In this document: positions 51,701 through 64,000 of the stretch, in pieces
How the letters are laid out: every line of letters begins with the position of its first letter
Numbering within the stretch: position 1 is the stretch's first letter
Assembly: GCA_001643675.2 (NCBI GenBank)
Contig: LSRY02000001.1
Location: 1,178,001-1,242,000, forward strand
Origin: Monocercomonoides exilis PA203
Lineage: Eukaryota > Protista > Preaxostyla
DNA length: 64,000 nucleotides
Direction: 5' to 3'
Notes under the pieces: model-generated
What the model was told of the DNA's origin: nothing
Seen by the model: the letters and a program-made list of their open reading frames with translations, nothing else
Database searches by the model: none
Program-made: the position numbers and the translations under genes

Positions 51701-54700
51701 CTTCGCATCATTCCCCTCATCATTCACTCCATACACAAAAATCAGCTCGCTGCGATACACAACAATAAGAGGAATAAGATCCACATCTTCAATTGGAAGT
51801 GTTTCATCCACACCCCAGATCGCATTAAACCTGTCATACGGTGGCTCACGAAAGTCTAAATCAAATTGTTCTTCGCTGATTTGTTTGGAAATTGAAAAGC
51901 ACTTCACAAACACGTCTCTTCCTATCCTCGCCTTGTTGTTTGAGAACGTTATGTTTTTGAAATGGAATGGAATCGTCTTGTTTTCCTGAGAAAGACAATT
52001 CAAAAACACTCCACCTCCTTTTCCTGCAATGGCAGAGCATGAAGAAATCTTTGTATCGTTTATCTCAAATCTTCCTCCCTCCTCTATCTTCACATGCAAC
52101 GCTCCTCCGCAATCACTCGTATCAGCTGCGCACACAGTAAATGATGAATTTGATAGCATAGCATTTGCATCATTGACCATAGTTGTTATCAAAATACAGG
52201 CGCTGTTGACACTTTGAGTTACACTTCCAAATAAACAATGTTCAATCGTCAATATCCTACCAGCTGAATCCGAAGACTGACAAAATTCAATAAAAGGCTT
52301 TGATATTTGAAGTATTTCAAATGAGCATGAATAAAGATTTAATTCTCCATTTTTGACTGACAAAAGAATGAAAGACAATATTCCCTCGCTTTGGAGATTG
52401 AATGAACATTCAGAAATGCTCAAGCACGATTCACCGTCCAATGTTTCCATAAGAGCTTTCTGCAAATTGGTGAAAATTGGCGGCAACGAAAAGTTGATTG
52501 ATGAAAATGATACAAGGCTTGCAGATATTGCAACTCCAACAGAATTAGCCAATGTCTCATTCACAACCAATCTTGATGATGAGTTTTCTTGCTCTGATTT
52601 AACAGTGACATTGTCTATCAGCACTTCTTCAAGAAGAAAGCTTCCCCCAGATATAAGAATATTTTTTGTTCCCTCACCCTGTATTCTGTTCAATCCAAAG
52701 TTCAACGAATTACATGGAAAGTTTGGCTTTCCACAGGCGATACTGTTTATTCCTCTTGCCCCATCGACGTGAATAGTTTCATTGAAATATCCTGAAATGA
52801 AAATAAAAAGATCTTCAGCATTGGCAAAATGAGTCCTATCAAAACCCATCAGTAAATTTGCTCGTTTGGAATGTTCAATATCCATGGCAAAGCTGAATGA
52901 GGTTGAATTGACCAATTCTGTGAGATCGCTGCAAACAATGAACATGTCTTTACCAATCGCTGCCATGTTATTGGTAAAATGCAAATCCTCAAATTTAATC
53001 ATATTCGCATTGTCCACACAGTTCAGAAAAAGGAACCCACCTCTTCCCGATGCATCACTTTCACATTCGCATCTGCTTGTTTCTGTTTTGTTTACTGTGA
53101 GTGCACCTTTCTCTTGAATGGATATTCCCACAGCTCCTCCATCATTGCTGTCTTTTGATGAAATAGTCATTAATGAGCTCTGATCAATTAAAACTGGAGC
53201 ATTGATTATTGATGATAAAATGCAAGCCATATTTGAACTGGAAGAGGTTATTCCTTCAAAGGAACAGGAACTCAATGTTAGTGATTGAACTTCCTCATTT
53301 CTGCTTGTGTGTTTGTCGCTTGGCTCTTCAGAAACAATTGAGACTAATGGGCAACTTGTGAGTTCCACAGAGGAAATAGTGAGCATTCCAAGAACGACAA
53401 GTGCTTTGCTTGAAACAACCACAGGGCTTGAATCAAAAGCCATCTGAGATACTGTGCATCGTTCGACTCGAAGAGTTCCTCCAAGAACAAGAAGAAGAGA
53501 AAATGTGATGGAATCCTTGGTTTTGTTTTCAAATGAGCACTTCTTCAAAACAAGGTTCGAGTTTTCCTTGTCTGAGGAAGAAATTAGAGAAGATATCGAG
53601 ATTATAAAACTTGATGGAATGTTGAAGCAGATTCTGTCAAACTCCAAATTATTCTCATTCAACAGCATCACATCTGAACTTCCTGTCTCCACAATGGACT
53701 GAAATTCCAATTTCGCTGTTTCTTCGCCCTGTTTCGAGCGTATCATCAAACAAGACAAAATGAACTGGTCTTGGATGATAGTCGATCCATCAATCCTCAA
53801 TTCCTTTTTTTCGTTTGTGGCATCAATTGCCAAGTTTTTGTATCCTCTCCAGAACGAATTGCAGGGAAATACATCATCTCCGCATCCCGGATAATCCTTT
53901 CCAGACTGACTTATTTCGATTTCTAACGATTGCCTGTGCAAGAAAAAATAGGACAGATTCACTGGAGCATCTAGAAATACTGTGCTGTCAATCCCAAAGA
54001 AATCCAAATTGTCGCCATCATCGTTTTTAATATTCACAATCTGACTTGTTGTCACTGATGCATTCAAGTCAACACATTGAACAAACATATCTTTTCCCCA
54101 TTTTGCATCATTTCCTGACACATTCACAGAATCTAATTGATAATTACTTGTTGAATTTTCGCACAGAACCAAATAGATTCCCCCGCCCTTTTCATTTGTT
54201 GTTCCCACCTTGCATTGCTTCAACGACACGTTTTTTACGATATATTCTGCATCATCCACCAATATCACTTCCATAGCACCCCCATTCCCGGACTGCCGAG
54301 TCATTGTTGAGATGCACGTATCATTCACAACAAGATTTCCACATTGCTTTGTGATGAATGCATTCAAAGACTGGCAGCCCTCAATATGGCACAAGTCAAG
54401 TGTCACTTTGCCATTCTCTGAACTTATAAGAGGCTTTGAAAAGGACTGTTCTGCAGATGAAGTTTCGCAAGTTATTTGACAAGAAGAAAGAACAAGAAGC
54501 CCAGAACTTTCGCTCATCAGAAACAGCGATGAACTTCTGCAGTGTTCATTCGAACCATCGTGAATAAACTTCATTTCCGATGCTTGAAGTTTTCCAGAAC
54601 TTATTCTGAAAAGTGCTTCTTCTCCACTTTTCATCTCTGACTTTATGCTGTCATCGATGTTCCAGATCCGCTTCCAATAACATTTGAAGACCCAATATCA

Positions 54701-56412
54701 ATTTGGCCTGAAGGAAACAGTCCTTCTTTTATCTCAAAACTCATCGATTCTATCTTGGCTCTTTCTATTCCTTTTTTCATTGTCAGACAATTGAATTCGT
54801 CAAAGTCACTTCTCCCACAATTATCCCAATCGTAGCCATTTGTTGTAATCATAATCTTATTCTGGCTGTTTGGCGGATCGATCACATAATGTGAGGTCTC
54901 CTCTGCAGTTGCCCAGGCAAATATCGTTCTGGGTTGATTGCTTGTGGAAAACAACCTTGATGCAACAAGATTCAATTTTCCAGTCCATGTTTCATGTGCA
55001 TAAATATCATTTCCTTCATTTGCTGTATTGTTTATGAAAATGCAATCAGATAGTGTTGCAGTGATACCGTAAACTTGACTGTGATCAAATCTGATTGCCC
55101 CTGCATAAGTTTTGGCTCTATTTGAATTGAATAAGCAAGAAACAACTGAAAAATCATGCTCTATAACGTAACAATTAAGTGCACCTGCAAAACCTCCATT
55201 TGCTTCATTCAATAAAAAATTGCATTCTGTGAGAAGACAAGATAATTGCTTGTAAATCTCAACTGCACCAACTCCTTCTCCTGCAAAACATTGCACAAAA
55301 TTGGAAAAAGAAACTTCGAGTTCTCCTGTTCCCCTAATATCAAACGCACCAGATGCTGTTTTTGCTGAACAATTTTGAAAAACTGTATTCTCACACATCA
55401 ACTTTCCTGATCCTTCATTTCGAACTGCAGCTGCTCTGGAACCAGACTTGGTGAGAGAACAGTTTTCAAACAAACATCTTGCAGTTGTGAGAGATGCATC
55501 CCCAGTCAGACAAATTGCTCCTCCATAAAGTATTTCTGAACTTTTGAACGAAAAAGTTGTATCATTGATCTCCTTAAATCCTGTGCTGAAATTCGTTCTG
55601 GTTGTTACTGCCTCACAGCTCAAAAATGACGAATTGCAGCAGATGAATGCACTTGTTGCTCCATCAACGATGCACCCCAGATATGGATTCTGAACAGAAA
55701 CGCAATTCACTGAATCCATTACACATCTCTTATCTGGATTCATATAAGAAAAAGGCAGGCAAGTTTTCACGTTGACTTTTTTCTGTGAAACATTAAAAAA
55801 GGAGCATTCGCTGATTGTGATGGAAGTCAAGGGTGACAGTTGAACAAACGGTGTTGGTCCTTGAACAAAGGATAAGAATTCTGAATCACGCACCTCTGCA
55901 TTAATATCATCAATCCAGTTTAAATTTTTCATAGGTACTTCAACAAGGCTTGACATTGTCTTCACATTCTTTGAAAAGTGAAGCGAAATATTCCAAAACG
56001 AAAGCGAACCACAACCTCCAAAGAACAAACCATCCTTTTCGCTTCCTGCAAACTTTAGCAAGCATGAACATATTTGAAGCGAAGAGTTGAACTTTGAAGA
56101 AACCAAATAGCAGCCCTCTTTCTGCAGAAGCACAAGTTGTCGAATGCAAATTGATGTGTTTGAAGTTATTAATTCGGCTTTGAGAAGACTCTTCAAATCG
56201 TTTTTTGACTCTGTATTTTCAGATATTGCAAATTGCGCGTCTTGAAAAGATGGATTCATATTTGATGTTGGAATTCGAAATGAACAATCGGGATGCATCT
56301 CTCTGATATGACTATGCAAAAAGTTCTCCTCTGTACAAGAAAATTGATGAATTGCAATTATGAACAATTGAACCGTGGAAATCAAAAATGTTGATGCACT
56401 GAGCATTTGCAT
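48758..56412 (-). CDS. Type I membrane surface protein: signal peptide, beta-helix-like repeats, TM helix, kinase-like C-terminal lobe; split by a frameshift near 54640
   Basis: ORFs 54643..56412 and 48758..54634 abut in different frames. Hydrophobic N-terminus; repeated GGA / N.A..G.D / CG....PC motifs; TM WWILVVIVMAIVLFVVLMIAVI; RWKAPE..., SVAFSIGMMLWE..T..IPF, G.RP. Confidence 0.8.
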
Positions 56413-57233
56413 CAGCAGAAAAAGAAAACTGAAATTCTTCTTCTGAACCCTTAATAAAAAAACAAGAAGTGAACATTTTTAGCCCATAACTTTGGATTCG
56501 TTAATGGAAAAACATGATTCTTGCTTTCTCCAATCAGGATATACAGCAGACATGTCATTCTGAATGTTGAGAAAATCATTGAATCTTCAGAAAAATCAAT
56601 CAATATTCATAAATGGAGAACAAGAATAATTCAAACTTATCAAAAAATAGCAAGAAAAATCAAATTGCAAAAATGTGTCAAACAAATTGTGCTATTGCTA
56701 TGTTATTATAATCCAATGGAAATGAATGAATGAAGAAAATGTGTGAAGAATCTGTTTTATCTGAACTCTTTTTATTTTTTGAACAAAATTATTTAACTTC
56801 AAACTTCAATTATAGTACTTCTATATAGTTAATAAAATAATTCATAAGCTTGAAAATTTTTGGAGATCAAATACTTTTCATCATTTCAAAAAGTTTTATA
56901 AATTTGAAAGTTTGAAGTGTGGTTAATATTTTCAAAACAAAACATTGAAAAATATAGGTGATTCTTTTTGATTTCATATTTTTTCTATCAAATTTTTCGA
57001 ATTAACAGTTTATCTCTAACACTTTGAAATTAATCTAATGTGTTTATTAAAACCATAAATGAACTTTCTCTGTCTTTCTTTAACTACATGCTTTTGAAAG
57101 ACAATAATGTGAAAACATGTGACATATTTTTGTAATTCAATTGCAAATAACTGTGAATGAGAAATGCACACATTCACCGAAAAAAGGTATGATTTCAAAA
57201 AGAATCACCCATATGGCATCATTCTCTCCTTTG

Positions 57234-57236
<3 letters not shown>

Positions 57237-57318
<82 letters not shown>
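57237..57318. repeat. (TC)n followed by a ~50-nt poly-T run
   Basis: Direct reading. Confidence 0.95.
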
Positions 57319-57319
<1 letters not shown>

Positions 57320-57597
57320 GTTTATTTTGTAAATATGTTTGAGACAAATTAATTTTTTGCTGAGTATCGGAAAGCGATAAAAATTTTATATTTTTGCATT
57401 TTCAATAAAAAGGATGAAAAATTGATCCCCGATTTTTGTTATTTGTGAATTAGCATGAATTTTTTTGATTTTTGAGAAAAAATTCATCGTCATGGAAATC
57501 GGATAATTTTCAAATGAATTCACCTAGCATTGTTGGAAAACACATTTTTCAATAAAGATGTGTTATTTGGATCTTTTGAAGATGCTGCAAATATTTA

Positions 57598-59817
57598 CAG
57601 TCAGAGGCAAATCCTGGGACAAGGACAAAACGCGGGACACTAAAGTCAAGAATAACTATTTTAAATGTTAATTTCAAACAATTCCAAATCAAAAATCAAT
57701 TTTTGATAAATTATTATAATTTCATCCTCTGAATGCATGTCAAAATAATAGTCTCTTCAATAAGAAATTATATCAAATAGAATGATCAAACTTCCATAAA
57801 TTATTTGAAAAAAGCAAACGCATCATCACTAGTCCCTTACAAAAAATTATTTTCGATAAAGATTTCTGTGGAGTTACTTAGGCTCTCTGAAAAAGTTGAA
57901 AAAGTTGATTATCTTCTGAAACAAGATTGAATCATTCCTTCAGATTTTGTGAAAGATAAAATCATTTCTCATTTTTCCATCTGCAGGCATATTGCTTCAA
58001 AAAAAGCAAAGCGTGATACTCAGCATGTAGGCAGACCGGGGCTATTCAATAAAGAAGAAATCGAGGAAATCGAAGATAGTGCAATTGCTCAAATATCATC
58101 CACAAACAAATTGACAGTTTCAGACATTATCAGATTCGTGTGTTGTTTTGTGTTTATTTTATTTTATAATTGTTCATTTTTGATAGTCAGAAAATGTGAT
58201 GATGAAGAAAAAGAAAGAATAGACATAAACGCCTGAAGTCAGGATAATCAGCAAAAAATGAACATGCAAGTTGATAAAGAAAAGTGGATACCTGAAATTA
58301 ATAAAATCAACTTTTATTGATCTTCATCGCATTCAAGCATCTGCAATTGAAAATATGAGGAATTGGTTTTCGTTGTTGATAAATGAAATTAATGGTTATC
58401 TGATTTCATCAGATTTAATTGTCAATATGGAAGAAACTGGCATCTTGATGAAGCAGTCGGACGAGGAAATAGTTGTCGCAAAAGAAACTCAACAAACTCT
58501 TTTTCCAGATGTCCAGCGAAGAAAGAATGAAACATTATTTTTTTCTATTTTTGCAGATGGAATGTCACTTGATCCAATCATGCTATGGCTTTCTCAGACC
58601 ATTTCCGAGAATCCAAAGGAATTAAAGAATAATAGAATTAACTGTTTGGCAAATCGTACAGGCTGGATGACAAGAAGAGATTTTGAAAAGATTATGATCG
58701 AAATATTATTGCCAAAAATAAATGAGAAAAGAGTTGAGCTTCATGGACAGTCTTTTTATGCTTTGATTACACTTGATGGGCATTCCTCTCGCCTAAGTTT
58801 TCCAGTGATATCTTGGTGCAGAGATCATTTAATCCATTTATTGATTCTTCCATCACATACAACACATCTAACTCAGCCGCTGGATAGGTTTGTATTCGCG
58901 CATTTCAAAAACAGCCCAAAAAAGAGTGTTCTCGGTTCCTTCTGATTCGTCAATTTTTTCTTACAGAAAATCATTAATACCTGCAGTATCAGAAGTGGTA
59001 AATAACTCTCTCTCTCCAAGAATAATGAGAAAGTCATTTGAAGCTTTAGGAATTATCCCATTTGACTTTTCTTCCGTATGTTAGTATTTTCATAAAAACA
59101 ACGAAGCCTTTTCGATGACAGAAAAAGCGGTGAATAATTCTTCACATTCAAGCAGTATCAGAATGAAATTAATAACAGGAGACAAAATTTTCGAAGGCTT
59201 TTCCATTCAATTTGAGAAAAAAAAAGAAAAGTTTTCCAAACAGCTCAGCAACAAAGCAAGACGTTGCAATTTCTGAGGTGAAAGAATCATCTTATGTTAA
59301 TGACAAAAGCTCCATTATTTCTGTCCCTGTTGAAAACATTAACTTTCAAAACCATGAAAAGAAAGCAATAATTCGCAATGATGTTTTAACGAACAATCTG
59401 ATAATTCAATGGATCGAAAGGAGCAACCAGATACATCAGAAGAAGAGGTTTCAATTCTTTGTGAAAAAAGGAAAAGAAAGCTTTCTTCAGATAGCGAATT
59501 GGGATCCATCTTCAATTACAGTTAAAAATATTTTCTGTGAGAAGCAAATTATTTGTTCATTGCATGTTAAAACATGATTCAACGTTATTAAACAGTGTTT
59601 TGTTTTCAGTTGATTTTTATATGCCTTTCTTTTTAAACTGCTATTTTGAATGCAAATTCAATTCAGGAAATTTTATTTGGCTTGTTCGATCCACCTTAAT
59701 TCACGAAAAACTGGATAGTCAGAATATTTTTCCATTTTAAAGTGTTGAATTGTGACAAAAAAAAGCTGAATGGAATATCCTAGGTTTTGTCCTTGTCCCG
59801 GGATTTGTCCCAGACTA
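57598..59817 (+). mobile_element. pogo-like DD35D DNA transposon, degenerate, ~40-bp TIRs
   Basis: Left TA|CAGTCAGAGGCAAATCCTGGGACAAGGACAAAAC; right GTTTTGTCCTTGTCCCGGGATTTGTCCCAGACTA. ORF 58271..58945 has NMEETG (first D lost), IFADG, GWMT, LDGHSSR...TTHLTQPLD with 35-aa spacing. Stops and frameshifts present. Confidence 0.9.
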
Positions 59818-60463
59818 TTTTTTTCGCATCTGAAATACATCCATTAATGCACTTTCGGTATTTTTTTTTGATGTTTTTTTTTTTAAAATTTAACATTACA
59901 CACTTTTTCTTTCTCTCTCTTTTTTTTTAACAATTTATTTTGATTGTCTAATGTGTCATGAAAGAATGCAATGGAAAATCATTTGAGAATTTTTTGATTT
60001 CCTTTTTGATGATTTTTTTCTGAAAATGTGGATTTTTTAAGTTTTTCGATAAATTATAATATTTGAGGTCCAAATTTTCTTCATTTTCACAAATATTGAC
60101 TGAATATTATATTTTCATCACTTTCCAACATTCAGCCAAAAACCAATTTATCACAAATATATTTTCAAAAATAAATAAATAAAAAAAAAAATAAAATTAA
60201 ATAAAAAAGAAAAGAAAAGAAAAGAAAAGAAAAGAAAAGAAAAGAAAAATGAAAAATTTTGAACAATAAATAGTGTATATTTTTTTCGATTTTCATAAAA
60301 TTTGCAGGGTGTGTGTGAATCACCAATGGATGATTTATCCGAAGACATAAACATTGGCAACATTCCGAAAAGAAAAACATTGACTCAACAAATTGTTCAA
60401 ATTATTGAGTTCATCACTCATATTTATAATTATGAGAAACACTATTTTACACATTTCATTTCC

Positions 60464-61213
60464 TTAAACGATAACAAAATAATCAGCAATATTCAACGAT
60501 GTTTCATTAAAATTTCTCCTTATCAAAAGTTGAATGATTTCATAAAAGCTCATAACGATGTCTTCTGATCCAAATTCTTCCATCTTTTCAAATATCTTTC
60601 TTTTCAACTCTTTTCTTTTTTCTTCTACCATTTCATCATTCTCCTCTCCTTTCAATCGACTTGATAATGTGTCAAAAAATATCAAGCATTCACACACTAT
60701 TCCATCATTCGATGTTGGCCTACGAATTTCCTCCATTATAGCATCAATTGCCTTTCCTTTCAACAAGTCTTCAACTTTAACAGCTTTGCTACCTGCTGCC
60801 TCATAAAGTAAACATATGCTTTCATAGTGAATTTCTTCACAATGATTCCTTGCTGCTTGAAACACTTTCACAATGCTGTTGATGAGTACAACCAATTCCT
60901 CAGACCATAATGTGCAATACTCTAAGAAAGAATCAAGAACAAAAAGCCATCTCCCGATTATCAGCACTTCTTTCGCTTCTTTTTTGCTCATTTCCTCTTC
61001 TTTTCTCTTCCAATCCATGCATTTTGTTAATTCTTTAAGTTCTCTTGCTGCCTCTCTCCCCAAATGCAGATCATTTGCAGTCTCTTCTTCTAAACTTTTG
61101 TCAATAAAAAATCTATTAATCAAAAACTCCCATGCAGATTGATGCGCAAGGCGTGTAAGGTTATGATGCTCCTGATGATATTCGATAATTTCTTTGATAT
61201 CATTCAAATACAA
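60464..61213 (-). CDS. Hypothetical helical protein, probably 5'-truncated by the adjacent transposon insertion
   Basis: 249-aa open frame with natural composition. Upstream coding-like sequence ends near the MITE terminus at 61291. Confidence 0.55.
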   Translation of the reverse strand: MYLNDIKEIIEYHQEHHNLTRLAHQSAWEFLINRFFIDKSLEEETANDLHLGREAARELKELTKCMDWKRKEEEMSKKEAKEVLIIGRWLFVLDSFLEYCTLWSEELVVLINSIVKVFQAARNHCEEIHYESICLLYEAAGSKAVKVEDLLKGKAIDAIMEEIRRPTSNDGIVCECLIFFDTLSSRLKGEENDEMVEEKRKELKRKIFEKMEEFGSEDIVMSFYEIIQLLIRRNFNETSLNIADYFVIV

Positions 61214-61290
61214 TTCTTTCTCCAGTTTCTCATCAAAAAATTAAAAGCAAACAATGCGATTTACAAGGAAGCAGAAATGCTCAAACTATA

Positions 61291-62255
61291 GGGTCAGAAA
61301 TTTATCGGTACCCAAAAAATTAATCGGGACCTAAATTTTCTGGCTCTCAAGAGCACTTTCAGAAAAAAATAAATAATAGAAAATTATTAATATATTATAA
61401 TATACTATTTCTGAAAATATTTTTTCATATTTTAATTTTTGTGAAAAGATCTGGTGTTTTTTGTTTAATTTTTGAGATCAAAGACTTGCTCGTATTTTCA
61501 TGAGCTTTTTGTTTTGAGATTTTTAAGTATTGTTATTGTTATTGAACATAACTTCTTTATAATTTTGGTTATTTTTCATTGTTTAACACTTCGTTTTTTT
61601 ATTATTTTTTGCATTTCACTAAATTTCGATAAAATTAAAAATAAAATGTGAAATTAGAGTTAGCATGTTTTTGTTCATAAAAGAATAGTTAAAAAACTGA
61701 TTGATATGTGTATCACCAAAATTTTGAAATGAAAAAATATGATTTGAAGTTAAAAGCACAAAAATACACAAAAACATGTTTTTTGAATAATAATCTCGAT
61801 CATTAAAAAGTAAAGATTTTCTTATTTCTGATTACCTTTATTTGTTGATAATTAATATATTTACTCTTTCAAATTAACGAAAAAACTAATTTATTCAGAT
61901 GCATTCTTCAATTTGTCGAAATTTAGTGAAATGGAAAAAATAATAAAAAAACGAAGTGTTTAATAGCAAAAAATAACCAAAAACATAAAAAAGTTCAGTT
62001 TATCAACAATGATAGAACTCAAAACACTCAAAACAAAAAACTCGTGAAAATATGAGCAAGTCTTTGATCAGAAAAATAAAACAAAAAACACCAGATCTTT
62101 TCACAAAAATTAAAATATGAAAAAATATTTTCAGAAATAGTATATTATAATATATTAATAATTTTCTATTATTTATTTTTTTCTGAAAGTGCTCTTGAGA
62201 GCCAGAAAATTTAGGTCACGATAAAAAAAAAGGGGATATGATAAATTACTGACCC
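61291..62255. mobile_element. 965-bp non-autonomous TIR element (MITE/foldback), TA-flanked
   Basis: TA|GGGTCAGAAATTTATC ... GATAAATTACTGACCC|TA. More than 200 bp of near-perfect inverted repeat (about 61329-61505 vs 62040-62217). AT-rich non-coding core. Confidence 0.92.
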
Positions 62256-62394
62256 TAGGGTGGTTTTTTTATCCGGACATTTTTTTTTATCCGGACAAAA
62301 ATTTTAATTATGAATTATTTCTTCCCACTTTTTGGATATTTTATCATATTTTTAATATATAAGGAAAAGTCAACAGTTTGAAATTAAGATTAAA

Positions 62395-62488
62395 TTACTA
62401 TACCTAATCTCTGATGGGGGTGGAGATGGGGGGGTTAGCTCCTCCATCTCTGATTTGTGCCTCCCCTGAGGAGATTAGGTAATAGCAA
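62395..62488 (+). other. GC-rich stem-loop in the transposon 5' leader
   Basis: ACCTAATCTC (62402-62411) pairs with GAGATTAGGT (62471-62480). Inner 12-bp stem GAGATGGGGGGG-TTAG-CTCCTCCATCTC (62423-62450). Confidence 0.6.
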
Positions 62489-62586
62489 CGGGGCTTACAA
62501 AAATGAAAAAAAAATGGATTTTTTTCATTGCAAAATAATTTTTTTTTCTAAAAATAAAAAAAGATCATAACCATTACTTTATTTGT

Positions 62587-64000
62587 ATGAGCGCAGTGAA
62601 ACAAAGAAAAGAAATTGGACTAACGAAATTAAGAGATTTGATGAAATCTTTCGAGTATCGTCAAATTAAAAATCGATTAGTACGTATTGCCACAATAATT
62701 GCTGACGGAAAATGCCGTGTTACCGACGCTGCTAATCTGAATGAATTCTCTCGTTCATCGATAAACCGAGCTGTAACTGCCGTTGAAAAGGGAAGAACCG
62801 TGGGAAAAGTTGGTCGGCCAGAGCTGTTCACGAAAGAAGACAAAGAAGTGATAACCGGAGTTATCAGAATTGAAAGCATGACAGGAGTGAGTTATTCTTT
62901 AACTCAAACAAAAATATTGGTTTGTATTTTTATTTATTTCTAACAAATTTTTATTGTTAATAACATTCCAAGATGGAATCAGTGCTAACTGATAGAAAAA
63001 TTCGAGGTGGAGAAGAAGAAGATCAAGAAGTTAAAATTTCAAAATCAACTCCGTATTCATTCGTTAAACGAAATCCAGACCTAAAGACATCCATTCCTCA
63101 TAACGTTGATATTCAACGATTATCGGTATCAAACAAACAGTCTCTTCAACCTTTCTTCTCTCTTCTGCAATCACTTCATGATTCTCACAAATACTCTCCT
63201 TCTCTCATCTTCAACACCGACGAATCCTCTTTGCGCCTTTCCGACACCACAAAACAACTAGCCGTTCATCCTTCAGATGTTCCAGTCGGGTTTTCCAAGA
63301 CACCAATCAACATGCCAAACTCAACTCTTGTGGTTGCAGTTGCAGCTGACGGTTATTCCTTACCAAGCCTTGTTCTTTGGCCATCCAAAAAACTTCCACA
63401 AGAAATGAAGGTCTTGCTCAGCCCGCAGCTTCACGCCTGGGCAGACAATGATGGATGGATGACAGATGCATTGTTTGCTCGCTATGCTGAAGAGATACTA
63501 CTGCCTGGAATAGTTGAAAGAAGAAAATTGTTAGACATGAATGAAGATAGATGCTTGCTTCTCTTGGATTCTCATCCTTCAAGAGCACAGCCAGATCTGT
63601 GGCAAAAATTTGCAGATGAATCAATTGACGTTGTTACATTTATTCCACACAGTACTCATCTCACACAGCCACTTGACTGCGGAGTTTTTGCTGTGTTTAA
63701 AAGATGTTTCAATTCAAACTATGTTGTTCCATCATCTTCTTCGATCGCACTCAGACGAAAAGCAGTTGCAAATGCCTTGCCACAGGCTTTGCAAACTGCA
63801 TTGCTACCTTCAACGATTCACTCTGCATTTGAAAAGAGCGGCGTGTTGTCTGGGCAGTCCAATTCCGTATTGATGAAGTTACCTGACACTCCTTCTGTTC
63901 AGCTGAAAAAAAAATCCCATCGTTTCAATTTCCATGGAAAAAATATATCCGACCAAGCATTTTTAGATGAATGGAAAGAATGCAAAAAGATGAAAGAGGA
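62587..64000 (+). CDS. pogo-like (HTH + DDE_1) transposase, 2 exons, 3'-partial
   Basis: Exon 62587-62919, intron 62920-62972 (GTTTGT...CCAAG), exon 2 apparently open to the window end: IFNTDES, VAADG, DGWMT, LLLDSHPSR...STHLTQPLD (DD35D). Confidence 0.9.

Larger units (their letters stand above)
62258..64000 (+). mobile_element. pogo-like DD35D transposon, left end and apparently intact transposase; continues off the window
   Basis: Starts TA|GGGTGG with tandem TTTTTTATCCGGACA subterminal repeats, followed by the transposase gene. Confidence 0.85.

Noticed and set aside
40251-54479. Numerous antisense and alternate-frame ORFs, e.g. 49518..50768 +
   Set aside because: Shadows of the long real genes with no independent motifs.

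Overview
AT-rich eukaryotic DNA in the standard genetic code with short GT-AG introns. The Ser/Glu/Lys low-complexity proteins and beta-helix/TM/kinase-like surface proteins suggest a metamonad protist such as the oxymonad Monocercomonoides (inference, not verified). Mobile DNA dominates: two Merlin/IS1595-like relics, a decayed DIRS-type retrotransposon (RT-RNase H-MTase-YR) interrupted by a MITE, three pogo-like transposons (one apparently intact, running off the window), and a long-TIR MITE. Two elements stand out. (1) An intact 3-exon gene (26863->23076, ~1209 aa) is a Sola2-like DDD transposase with a complete USP/C19 deubiquitinase domain inside it, and a compact GC-rich multi-stem RNA-like fold with a cUUCGg loop starts 4 nt after its stop codon. 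(2) A 4.46-kb element (34257-38719) has near-identical ~680-bp TIRs, each starting with a ~245-bp fold-back unit, and encodes a disrupted Prim-Pol + SF3 helicase with no visible integrase or capsid. Host genes: a ~2760-aa RING + degenerate SNF2 helicase-C protein, a frameshifted ~2500-aa surface protein with a pseudokinase-like tail, and several decayed fragments. All family calls come from motif recognition by eye; no searches were run.
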